From an uncultured Bacilli bacterium (GTDB lineage Bacteria > Bacillota_I > Bacilli_A > RFN20 > CAG-288): a stretch of DNA of 64,000 nucleotides. The stretch is from positions 56,866 through 120,865 of the forward strand of contig CALVXU010000009.1 of assembly GCA_944371605.1 (NCBI GenBank), written 5' to 3'. Below are positions 10,760 through 19,567 of this stretch, piece by piece. The position numbers and the translations under genes were made by a program. The number at the start of each line of letters is the position of its first letter. Position 1 is the stretch's first letter. Below the pieces are notes generated by a model. That model saw only the letters and a program-made list of their open reading frames with translations. It was not told where the DNA came from and searched no databases.

Positions 10760-11273
10760 TTAAGTTGTTATTCGTATAAATATTGGTAATTATATCCTAG
10801 CTGAAATTTATTGTCTTCACTTTTAGAAAAGTAAACACCAATAATCTAACTTGCATAATCCTCATAAGTAGATTCATCATTACCTTTGATGAAAGTATTT
10901 TTTGACTATATTCCAATTATCTTTAGCAAATTGATACATAAAATCTTGAAAATATTGATAATCTAAGTCTTTTAGAGAGTTAGCTATAATTATTAATCTA
11001 TCTTCTTGGAGGACATCTTGAGTATTAGTAATCATATGAATTATTTAATACTTGAAGAGTAAGTTCCTTTAATAGCTTTATTTTTTTACAGTGATTTTAT
11101 CACCATTATTACGAAGATAGTACTCATCACTACGCGACTCTATTTCAAAGTTTTTAATAACTTATGACAACATCTTAAATTGCTTAAACTTATTTGTTTA
11201 TTATTACTCTCATACCATTTTCATTATAATTGCCACTACAAAGATTCTATAATGACTTAATACTATTAGCTCA
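10760..11273 (-). pseudogene. decayed ORF remnant downstream of the 266-aa membrane protein
   Basis: Coding-like pieces (KNFEIESRSDEYYLRNNGDKITVKK; MITNTQDVLQEDRLIIIANSLKDLDYQYF; IIGVYFSKSEDNKFQLGYNYQYLYE) broken by stops and frameshifts. Confidence 0.4.
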
Positions 11274-12074
11274 TCAAACTACATAATCAGAAATTTTCAT
11301 CAAGTATAAACCAACAAAATTATTAGATTGAACACCCATTTCAAAAATCAATCCATCAACCATAAAATATCGTTCATCATTATGATAAACGATTTCATTA
11401 TCTTTTATTTCACAATAAGTTTTCGAATTATATGAAAAAGAATCATTCATATATATAGCTATCCAAATTAATATATCATCTGTTCCAAAAGGTTGACGAT
11501 TTATCAAAATGTCCCAATCTAATTTTGATAAAGTATCTTTAAAAAGGGAAAATCTAAAAAAGACATTATAAGTATCATTTTGATAATCGTAATAATTAGT
11601 GTCTAAAAACTCAACATAATTATCTTTCTTTACAGGCCAGGTTCTTATCATTTTTCCTGAGCGCTTAAAATAGAAAGGAGCATCTCTAAACTCTTTTATA
11701 TATCCACTTTTATCTATTTTTATCTGAATCTGACGTTTTGAAATATATAGTTCATCGTCATCAACATTTAAATGGTTTTTTATATTTTCAAACGAATAGT
11801 TCTCATAAAAAGTATGAATATTATCCGTTGTGTATAGCTTAGTATTATAAATATATTTCTGATTATAAATATATTCACCAGTTGGAACTCCCACACCAAC
11901 TCCAATTGAACAAATTAAAATAGCAATTACCAAGAACCAGTATTTTAATTTGACATCTTTATTTTTCTTAATACAATGTTCTACATAAACAAATTGGTAA
12001 AGCAAAAAGGCAATTATCAATAAAGCGATTGTTATTGATATTAATATAAGCCAAAAATCCATTGTGCCAGCCAT
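11274..12074 (-). CDS. hypothetical membrane protein (2 N-terminal TM segments)
   Basis: 266-aa ORF with GAGGTG RBS, 16 nt after the 795-aa gene. Confidence 0.8.
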   Translation of the reverse strand: MAGTMDFWLILISITIALLIIAFLLYQFVYVEHCIKKNKDVKLKYWFLVIAILICSIGVGVGVPTGEYIYNQKYIYNTKLYTTDNIHTFYENYSFENIKNHLNVDDDELYISKRQIQIKIDKSGYIKEFRDAPFYFKRSGKMIRTWPVKKDNYVEFLDTNYYDYQNDTYNVFFRFSLFKDTLSKLDWDILINRQPFGTDDILIWIAIYMNDSFSYNSKTYCEIKDNEIVYHNDERYFMVDGLIFEMGVQSNNFVGLYLMKISDYVV

Positions 12075-12090
12075 ATATTCACCTCAATAC

Positions 12091-14478
12091 TTATACATTT
12101 TCATCTACTAGTATGAGTTCATTATAAATAGGAATCATCACGTCATCATAATCTAAGAAAGTTAGATGTAAAGAAAAATTAATATAAGTAGAAGATATTT
12201 CTAGATAAAACATTTTTACTAAATCATTATCTATTATCTCACCACCTATAACACCTGGGCTTTTTACAGGATTGCCACTTGAATATAACTCATCTTCTAA
12301 TGTATATACACTTAATGTAACTGAATCATTTTGAGCTGTTATATATTTTGCGGGCACAGCTACTTGATTAATAATCATTCCATTATGATTAATTTTTATA
12401 TTTTGAACACATACAGCATATCTCTTCTTAAATGAATCAATGTAAATATCTTGACTTCCAAGTTCAATAATTTGAGAGTTTATGAGTTCTACCTGCAAAT
12501 TTCCATTATTATTAAAACCAGAAAATTCAAAATAATAATCCGTATTTTTCGAAAAAAATAGATTATCAACTATTTCAATATTTTCAGTAAAGTTAAGTTC
12601 TTTATATAATTGTTTATTTTCATATATTCTTAAAATTGATCCTCCATCAGCTTTATATTTGATTAACTGATATTGATCATCATCCGATGCATAAATAAAT
12701 CGAATAGTTTCACCTAGCTTGTAGTTTTTAGTAAAAATCTCTTCACCTGTGATTTCTTTCTGAATCATCTGATAATTAGGAGCAAAGTTTACGCCTAAGA
12801 AACTCATCAACTTTCTAGGTTCTTTTGGTGTCATAAAAATAGGATCTACAACTCTGTCACAGACATCTAATCCTATTGCATAAGTTAACTTTGTCTCATT
12901 ACTTGGTATATTATTATTAGCATAAATAGTTGAAATCTTTGCTTGTGCATAATTACTATGATCTTTAAATAATGTAGGATTATATTTTTCAGTAGAATTC
13001 TCATCTGATTTAAAATATTGGTTATTAGGAATCACATACATTGTCTTTAATAGTCCACCATATATTTGTCTTTGTTCAAGAGCTGAATGAGGGTAATTTT
13101 TAATATTTGCTTCATTATCTCCAACAACTTGGTTATAATCGAAATTTGGTTGTCCAATGCCTAAGAAATTAAAAAAATCTGTTGCTAAAGTAAATGCATC
13201 AATGGCGGCCATAATTTTATCAGTAACTGGTAAATAGCTTAATACTATTTGAACATCTTGAATTAAAGTACTCTCCGACTCCTCTTCCTCAATAACATAA
13301 CCATTATAGTTATATCTGGTCTGAATAATATAATCACCATTGTCTAACTCAGAAACATAGTTAGAATCACCCATATTACTTTCATTAGCGTTTTGTAAGG
13401 AAACACCAAAGCTGATATTAGCTAATGAAAGATAAGGTGCATCTGCTGAAAAATAAATTAATTCATCAACACTTGAAGAAAAGCCATTGTATCTCCAATA
13501 ATAATCATCTTCATAGATGTCGTGTTTAAACGTTCCAAACACTTTAGGAACCACTTTGATTTCTATTTCAGATTGAGATCTATCTAAATTTCCTGGCAGT
13601 GTTATATCAATGGAAAAGATAGCTACTAAAGATTGATGTTTATTTTCTAGTGTAATAGTAGCTCCATCAGTCACTGTTTTAACAACAAAGCCATATTCTT
13701 TTCCAATATAGAAATATTCGCCTTCTTCAGTAAAGCACCTCTCAGGAATTAATTCAGTAATTTGATTCCCAGTTATATAACCATATGAGTCAAGATCGTT
13801 ATCGATAGGATTATAATTATCTAAAATTGAACTACAAGAAGTCATTCTCTCACATTCCTCTTCATAAGAAGAGGTCTCAGAGCCGCTATTATTTTCAAAC
13901 CCAATAGAAAACGACTTGATAGCATCTTCGTGCTTTACATACTGAGAATATTTGAAAAAATAAATTTTCTGTTGAAGAATGTCATTTTTAGCTGTTTCAT
14001 TTAATTGAAGTATTGGTAATTGTAAAGAATTAAACTCACTCTTAGTAAATCTAACTAAAGAAGAATAGATAATCTTATCTTGAGTATCAATGAGAGAAAC
14101 ATCTAAAAGAGAACCTTCTTCATCTCCTTTAAAAAGCAATTTTATTGGCATATATCTTTGCCTAACTGAAAAATCAAGACAATTTGCCTCTATTCCGCTA
14201 TAGCCAAAAACATCACCAGCTTGAATTTCATAGAAATGATAGTTAAAAAGGTTGATACTTGTTTCATCACCATTTCCAAGTTCTAATGTTAAAATGTGAC
14301 CAGAAATATTAGCTTCTTCAATATCAACTGAATTACGATTAGCTTTCTTAGCCGAATGTCTTTTACTCATATCAAAGGTTTTAGTTTCTTTAGAAGGAAG
14401 ATTAATATTGACTTCTCTACCAAAACTAGGAAGTAAAGATAAACCTAATAAGATAAGAGAAACAAAAATTACTTTCAT
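12091..14478 (-). CDS. secreted hypothetical protein, 795 aa
   Basis: Signal-peptide-like N-terminus MKVIFVSLILLGLSLLPSFG; AGAGGT RBS; AT-rich codons. Confidence 0.85.
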   Translation of the reverse strand: MKVIFVSLILLGLSLLPSFGREVNINLPSKETKTFDMSKRHSAKKANRNSVDIEEANISGHILTLELGNGDETSINLFNYHFYEIQAGDVFGYSGIEANCLDFSVRQRYMPIKLLFKGDEEGSLLDVSLIDTQDKIIYSSLVRFTKSEFNSLQLPILQLNETAKNDILQQKIYFFKYSQYVKHEDAIKSFSIGFENNSGSETSSYEEECERMTSCSSILDNYNPIDNDLDSYGYITGNQITELIPERCFTEEGEYFYIGKEYGFVVKTVTDGATITLENKHQSLVAIFSIDITLPGNLDRSQSEIEIKVVPKVFGTFKHDIYEDDYYWRYNGFSSSVDELIYFSADAPYLSLANISFGVSLQNANESNMGDSNYVSELDNGDYIIQTRYNYNGYVIEEEESESTLIQDVQIVLSYLPVTDKIMAAIDAFTLATDFFNFLGIGQPNFDYNQVVGDNEANIKNYPHSALEQRQIYGGLLKTMYVIPNNQYFKSDENSTEKYNPTLFKDHSNYAQAKISTIYANNNIPSNETKLTYAIGLDVCDRVVDPIFMTPKEPRKLMSFLGVNFAPNYQMIQKEITGEEIFTKNYKLGETIRFIYASDDDQYQLIKYKADGGSILRIYENKQLYKELNFTENIEIVDNLFFSKNTDYYFEFSGFNNNGNLQVELINSQIIELGSQDIYIDSFKKRYAVCVQNIKINHNGMIINQVAVPAKYITAQNDSVTLSVYTLEDELYSSGNPVKSPGVIGGEIIDNDLVKMFYLEISSTYINFSLHLTFLDYDDVMIPIYNELILVDENV

Positions 14479-14528
14479 AAAATTACCTCTTGCAACTATT
14501 ACTTTTTAACAAAATTGCTTCTAAGTTA

Positions 14529-14557
14529 AATATACAACATTATAAAAATGAAGTCAA
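14529..14557 (-). promoter_or_regulatory. promoter of the island operon
   Basis: TTGACT - 17 nt - TATATT on minus strand. Confidence 0.55.
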
Positions 14558-14563
14558 TAAAAA

Positions 14564-15429
14564 GGCAAATATGTCATTCTAGTTAAATGTTGGTATGACA
14601 TAGTCTATGGTCTAATGGAAAAAGAGTTCTAAAATATAAATCGACATATTTACCACAATTTTTGTACTCGGTAGTTGAACATGCTCTATTAATCCATCTT
14701 AGCTTTTCATGGCTATCTTTTTGTGTGAACTTTATTCATATTTATTCTTTCAAGTTAATGGCATCAAAGGCGTGTTCATAACCTCTTAAATTATCATGAG
14801 CTAACGTTGAATCATCAGCAATAATATCTATCCATGCAGCATTTAATTCTTTAGCCTTTGGATGACCTTCACCAATATAATTAACTCTTATATGATGGCT
14901 ATCATATATGACTATTGCTAAAAGTGATTGCTGATACCTAACTCCTCTTTTTCGAACATTATTATCTTGTTTTAGTGATTTAGGAAACAATAATCATAGT
15001 CTAATCAATTTGAACTTTATGAGATAATTTAGGTAATTTTAAATGATTATGTAGATAGTCTAATAATAAATATCGATATCTAAAAGCAGTTTTGATATAT
15101 ACTCGATTAGAAATAGCTGAAGCATATAAAGTGCTACTTGTTTTTAAGTCCTTAATCATATTCTAAATAATATGGCAACCAAGCCTACCATGATAATAGA
15201 TACTATTGATAGAACTCATAAAAGTTTTTTCACAATGAGAACATTTATATCTTTGTTTATTATTTACTTTTCCATACTTGATATAATCTTTGCTTTTGCA
15301 ATGAGGACAAAGTTTTATTTTTGGATTATAAATAGATTTGATTATTGAATATTCATAAAAGTCTTTTATTTAGCAAAAATATTATATAACTTCATATATC
15401 CTTACCAAAACTGGAATGACATAAATTCA
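14564..15429 (-). mobile_element. degenerate IS1595-family insertion sequence (transposase pseudogene)
   Basis: Manual translation: CPHCKSKDYIKYGKVNNKQRYKCSHCEKTF zinc ribbon, IKTAFRYRYLL, LSHKVQID*, RKRGV, then the 82-aa ORF 14742-14990; imperfect terminal IRs 14564-14584 and 15409-15429 (16/21 match). Confidence 0.8.
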
Positions 15430-15839
15430 TTTTATTACATTATCACTTTATAGGCCAACTTGCATGTGATAAGTGTTCTTGACGACTATCAAATTTATTC
15501 TTTTAAATTTTGAATTAAATTTAGAAGACTGGATATTACCATTAACATCAGTCTTAACCTAAAGACGATTAAATTTAAAGCTTTGCTTCGTTAATCGGTT
15601 TCAAGCTACTTTATAGGATTAGATAGTGCATAAACTTCTTGCCTTATATTCTACAATTGCAACTTTAATCATACTTAAATATTACTACTTCTATTTTTTA
15701 ATCAAGAGGGTCAAAAAGACTATATTTAAATATATATTTAAATAAAAGATCAATTTTATTTCCACGTAAAATTAAGTCATATTCTTTCGCTAACAAGATT
15801 ATTAACAGTGAATTTAATATCCTAAAAATTATTTTGACC

Positions 15840-15878
15840 AAAATAAAAACTGCTGATATGTAATCCTATCAGCAGTTT
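15840..15878 (-). terminator. terminator of adhE-kinase operon
   Basis: AAACTGCTGATA-N8-TATCAGCAGTTT with T-rich tail on minus strand. Confidence 0.8.
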
Positions 15879-15902
15879 AAAAAGCAGATTTTATCCAGCT
15901 CT

Positions 15903-16673
15903 TTAGATGTAGTCGACGACGTTGATATTTCTCAACAAAAGAGCTCTTTTTTCTTTATCTTTGGTCGTGACTAATTTAGTGGCTGAGACCACTGAAATCC
16001 ATTGCTGAACATATTGGATAGCGATATCAGATCTTCGGCAAAATTCTTTGAGATACATCTCAGCACCTTTTTCATCTCCATCTAAAACTAAAAGGATATA
16101 AGTCATAGCTGCATCAGCCGATGAGTTTCCTCTAGTGCAATGAGCCCAATCCAAAATATAATATTTGTCTTTGACCAAAATGATATTATGCGGGACTAAG
16201 TCTCCATGACAAACCTTGTAATGATTAGGCATCTTTTCCAATCTGACATGTAAATCATATCTAGTAGAAGCATCAAGACCCGAATCAGAAATATATGCAT
16301 TAAGCTTATCTTTTAGTTTTGGCAACTTAAGATTTGAAGAAAGATGTGAAAGAACATCCAACTGAATTTGAACTAATTTGGCAATATATTTTCTCTTATC
16401 AGAAGGGTTTTCTTCGATAAGCTGTGCCAATGTCTTACCCTTGATTTCCTCGCTAGCTAAAGCATAATCTTTTCCGATAGGAAAGACATCATAAACCTCA
16501 GGAGCATTAAACCCACATTCACGTGCATAAGATTGATTCATCGCCTCCCTTAAAACATCGCTAAAAGAATACGCTTTATGATCATATACTTTAGTGATAG
16601 TTCCATCATTGCGATAAATCTTTTTGTTGTTTCTAGTGAGAATCAACTCACCTAATTCCTTTTCATTAATCAT
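15903..16673 (-). CDS. APH/choline-kinase-like phosphotransferase
   Basis: CHGDLVPHNI catalytic loop, ILDWA metal loop, EEIKGKTL; 29 nt downstream of adhE with own RBS. Confidence 0.85.
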   Translation of the reverse strand: MINEKELGELILTRNNKKIYRNDGTITKVYDHKAYSFSDVLREAMNQSYARECGFNAPEVYDVFPIGKDYALASEEIKGKTLAQLIEENPSDKRKYIAKLVQIQLDVLSHLSSNLKLPKLKDKLNAYISDSGLDASTRYDLHVRLEKMPNHYKVCHGDLVPHNIILVKDKYYILDWAHCTRGNSSADAAMTYILLVLDGDEKGAEMYLKEFCRRSDIAIQYVQQWISVVSATKLVTTKDKEKRALLLRNINVVDYI

Positions 16674-16702
16674 TAAAATATACCTCTAGTTATTATTTTA
16701 TA

Positions 16703-19330
16703 CTATTTTGCTAATTTTTTAGCATATTCTTTCTCACCATAATAGGCTTTTAAGTAAAGTTCTTTGATTTCAGAAATCAATGGATAACGAGGGTTAGTAC
16801 CAGTGCATTGGTCATTGAAAGCTGCTTCAGACATTTCATCTAAAGTAGTCAAAAATTTACTTTCCTCAACACCAGCTTCCTTGATAGTCATAGGCAGTTC
16901 AATTTCAGATTTCAATTCATCGATCTTCTTTAAGAGTTTCTTAAATTTCTCCTCATCGGTTTTACCAGTAAGTCCTAACATCTCGGCAATCTCAGCATAT
17001 CTTCTCAAAGTATGCGGATATTGATATTGAGGGAAAGTACCCATTTTAGTCGGTCTCTCACCAGCGTTAAATTTCATGACCTCATCTAACATTAAAGAGA
17101 CACAAACACCATGAGGTAGATGATGATATGCACCTAATTTATGACCGCAAGAATGGTCGATACCTAAGAAGGCATTAGCAAAAGCCATACCAGCCAAGGT
17201 AGCAGCATGAGCCATATGCTCTCTTGCGACTGGATCATTTCCTAAATTTTTATAAGCTCTAGGTAAATAAGCAAAGATTTCAGAAATAGCTTCTTTAGCA
17301 AGAGCATCGGTGAAACTAGTAGCATACATAGAAGCATAAGCTTCGATACAGTGAGTGAGAGCATCAATTCCTGAAGCTCTAGTAAGACCTTTTGGAATGG
17401 TTAACATCAAATCCGAATCAATGATAGCCATATTTGGTAATAATTCATAATCAGTAATCGGGTATTTGGTTCCATCTCTTTGATCAGTGATGATAGCAAA
17501 AGGTGTGACTTCAGATCCTGTACCGGCTGTAGTAGGAACACAGATAAGCATCGCTTTGCTTCCCATCTTAGGGAATGTGACAACTCTCTTTCTGATATCC
17601 ATGAAATCCATCGCCATATCCGAAAAGTCAACTTCAGGATGTTCATATAAAACCCACATAATCTTAGCAGCATCCATTGGTGAGCCACCGCCTAAAGCGA
17701 TGATTGCATCTGGCTTATATGATTTGCATAAGTTAGCACCTTCTTCAGCACAAGCTAAAGTGGGATCTGGAGCAACATCAGAGAACACTTCAGTTTGGAT
17801 GCCTAATTTATCTAAAGTATCAGTCACTTTACGACTGAAGCCAGATTCATATAAGAATTTATCAGTTATGACTAAAACACGTTTGCGATCATAGACAGTT
17901 TTGAGCTCTTCTAAAGCTTTTGACAAACAACCGGGTTTGAAGAAGATCTTACTAGGAGTTCTAAACCAAAGCATATTTTCTCTCCTTTTTGCAACAGTTT
18001 TAATGTTCAATAATTGTTGGACACCAACATTTTCCGAAACCGAATTTCCGCCCCAAGAACCACATCCTAATGTTAAGGATGGCTTGATTCGGAAATTATA
18101 TAAATCACCGATACCGCCTAAGGCAGAAGGGGTGTTGATCAATATACGGCAAGCCTTCATCCTGTCAGCGAATTCATCGATATGATCTTTAGCTAATATT
18201 TCATCAGCATATAAATCAGCAGTATGACCAAATCCTCCATCTCTAACCAAAGTATCAGCCTTGTTCAAAGCTTCTTCAAAGCTCTCAGCTTTGTACATAG
18301 CTAAAACAGGGCAGAGCTTTTCATGAGCGAATTCTTCAGAGATATCGACTTTTTCGACTTCACCGATTAAAAGTTTAGTATCTTCTGGAACATCAAAACC
18401 AGCCATTTTAGCGATGGTCACAGGCTTTTGTCCGACAACTTTAGCATTAGTCCCACCATTGATGATGATTGTCTTTCGTACTTTATTAAGCTCGTCTTTA
18501 GTTAAAAAATGAGCGCCTCGATAAATAAATTCAGCTTTAACAGCATCATAAATATCACTTAAAGCGATGACCGATTGCTCGGAAGCACAAATCATGCCAT
18601 TATCGAATGTCTTAGAGTGAATAATAGAAGAGACTGCCATTTTGACATCAGCAGTGCTATCAATGATTGTCGGAGCATTTCCAGGGCCAACACCGATAGC
18701 AGGCTTTCCAGATGAATAAGCAGAAGTGACCATACCAGGACCACCAGTAGCTAAAATACAATCACAAGACTTCATCAATTGGCTAGAGAGCTGAATAGAT
18801 GGTTCTTCAATCCAAGCGATGATATCTTTTGGAGCGCCCGCTTCAACAGCGGCATCTAAAACGATTTGAGCAGCGTGAATCGTGCATTTCTTAGCGCGAG
18901 GGTGAGGTGAAAAGATGATACCATTTCTTGTCTTTAGAGCTAATAAAGATTTAAAAATCGCTGTAGCAGTAGGATTAGTAGTCGGGATAATACCAGCTAA
19001 AACACCCAATGGCTCGGCGATTCTTTCATATCCCATATCATCATCTCTTTCGATAACACCACAAGTTTTAGTATCTCTATATGTATTATAAATATATTCG
19101 GCAGCAAAATGATTCTTGATGACTTTATCTTCAAGAACACCCATACCAGTTTCCTCAACAGCCTCTTTAGCTAATGGAATACGGGCTTTATTGGCAGCGA
19201 TCGCCGCCGCTTGGAAAATCTTGTCGACTTGTTCTTGACTATAAGTAGCATAAATCTTTTGAGCAGCTTTTACTCTTTCAATCAATTTAGAAAGTTCATC
19301 GCTAGCTTTTATCTTCTGTTCTTCTTCCAT
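16703..19330 (-). CDS. adhE: bifunctional acetaldehyde-CoA/alcohol dehydrogenase
   Basis: GIIPTTNPT, ATGGPGMV, FDNGMICASEQ, GGGSPMDAAK, TTAGTGSEVT; start moved to 19330 behind AGGAGG. Confidence 0.97.
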   Translation of the reverse strand: MEEEQKIKASDELSKLIERVKAAQKIYATYSQEQVDKIFQAAAIAANKARIPLAKEAVEETGMGVLEDKVIKNHFAAEYIYNTYRDTKTCGVIERDDDMGYERIAEPLGVLAGIIPTTNPTATAIFKSLLALKTRNGIIFSPHPRAKKCTIHAAQIVLDAAVEAGAPKDIIAWIEEPSIQLSSQLMKSCDCILATGGPGMVTSAYSSGKPAIGVGPGNAPTIIDSTADVKMAVSSIIHSKTFDNGMICASEQSVIALSDIYDAVKAEFIYRGAHFLTKDELNKVRKTIIINGGTNAKVVGQKPVTIAKMAGFDVPEDTKLLIGEVEKVDISEEFAHEKLCPVLAMYKAESFEEALNKADTLVRDGGFGHTADLYADEILAKDHIDEFADRMKACRILINTPSALGGIGDLYNFRIKPSLTLGCGSWGGNSVSENVGVQQLLNIKTVAKRRENMLWFRTPSKIFFKPGCLSKALEELKTVYDRKRVLVITDKFLYESGFSRKVTDTLDKLGIQTEVFSDVAPDPTLACAEEGANLCKSYKPDAIIALGGGSPMDAAKIMWVLYEHPEVDFSDMAMDFMDIRKRVVTFPKMGSKAMLICVPTTAGTGSEVTPFAIITDQRDGTKYPITDYELLPNMAIIDSDLMLTIPKGLTRASGIDALTHCIEAYASMYATSFTDALAKEAISEIFAYLPRAYKNLGNDPVAREHMAHAATLAGMAFANAFLGIDHSCGHKLGAYHHLPHGVCVSLMLDEVMKFNAGERPTKMGTFPQYQYPHTLRRYAEIAEMLGLTGKTDEEKFKKLLKKIDELKSEIELPMTIKEAGVEESKFLTTLDEMSEAAFNDQCTGTNPRYPLISEIKELYLKAYYGEKEYAKKLAK

Positions 19331-19492
19331 ACTAGAAGACCTCCTATTTCCATCCATTAATTATAAAGATAATGCGTGTTTATGTAAACAAAAAATATGC
19401 AAAACAAGTAATTTTCTAATCTTTTTGCGCATTTTATGCACATTTCATGCGCAAATCTTGATAAATTCTTGCTCATTTTTCATAAAACAATT

Positions 19493-19538
19493 AAAAAAAG
19501 CCATAGCTAGTGAAGGAGGTAGAACACTAGCTATGACT
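19493..19538 (-). terminator. terminator after GH2 gene
   Basis: CATAGCTAGTG-N12-CACTAGCTATG hairpin, T7 tract on minus strand. Confidence 0.8.
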
Positions 19539-19567
19539 CGTATAGGATAAAAGCAGAAATCTAGTTT

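Noticed and set aside
14742-14990. 82-aa ORF as an independent gene
   Set aside because: It is the catalytic-region fragment of the IS1595-type transposase pseudogene.
15440-15672. MIKVAIVEY... resembling a response-regulator receiver N-terminus
   Set aside because: Only about 8 residues match, the frame closes after 17 codons, and downstream similarity is unconvincing without an alignment.
15721-15745. AT-only palindromic run TATATTTAAATATATATTTAAATA
   Set aside because: Low complexity, expected in very AT-rich intergenic DNA.
19377-19455. Palindromes upstream of adhE (TGTTTA-TG-TAAACA; TTTGCGCAT-N14-ATGCGCAAA) as Rex operator
   Set aside because: Neither fits TTGTGAA-N4-TTCACAA; they may be operators but cannot be assigned.
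19513-19549. Perfect AAGGAGGT in a hairpin loop followed by a 5-codon ORF (MTRIG)
   Set aside because: SD-ATG spacing is 12 nt and the hairpin is explained as the GH2 terminator on the other strand.
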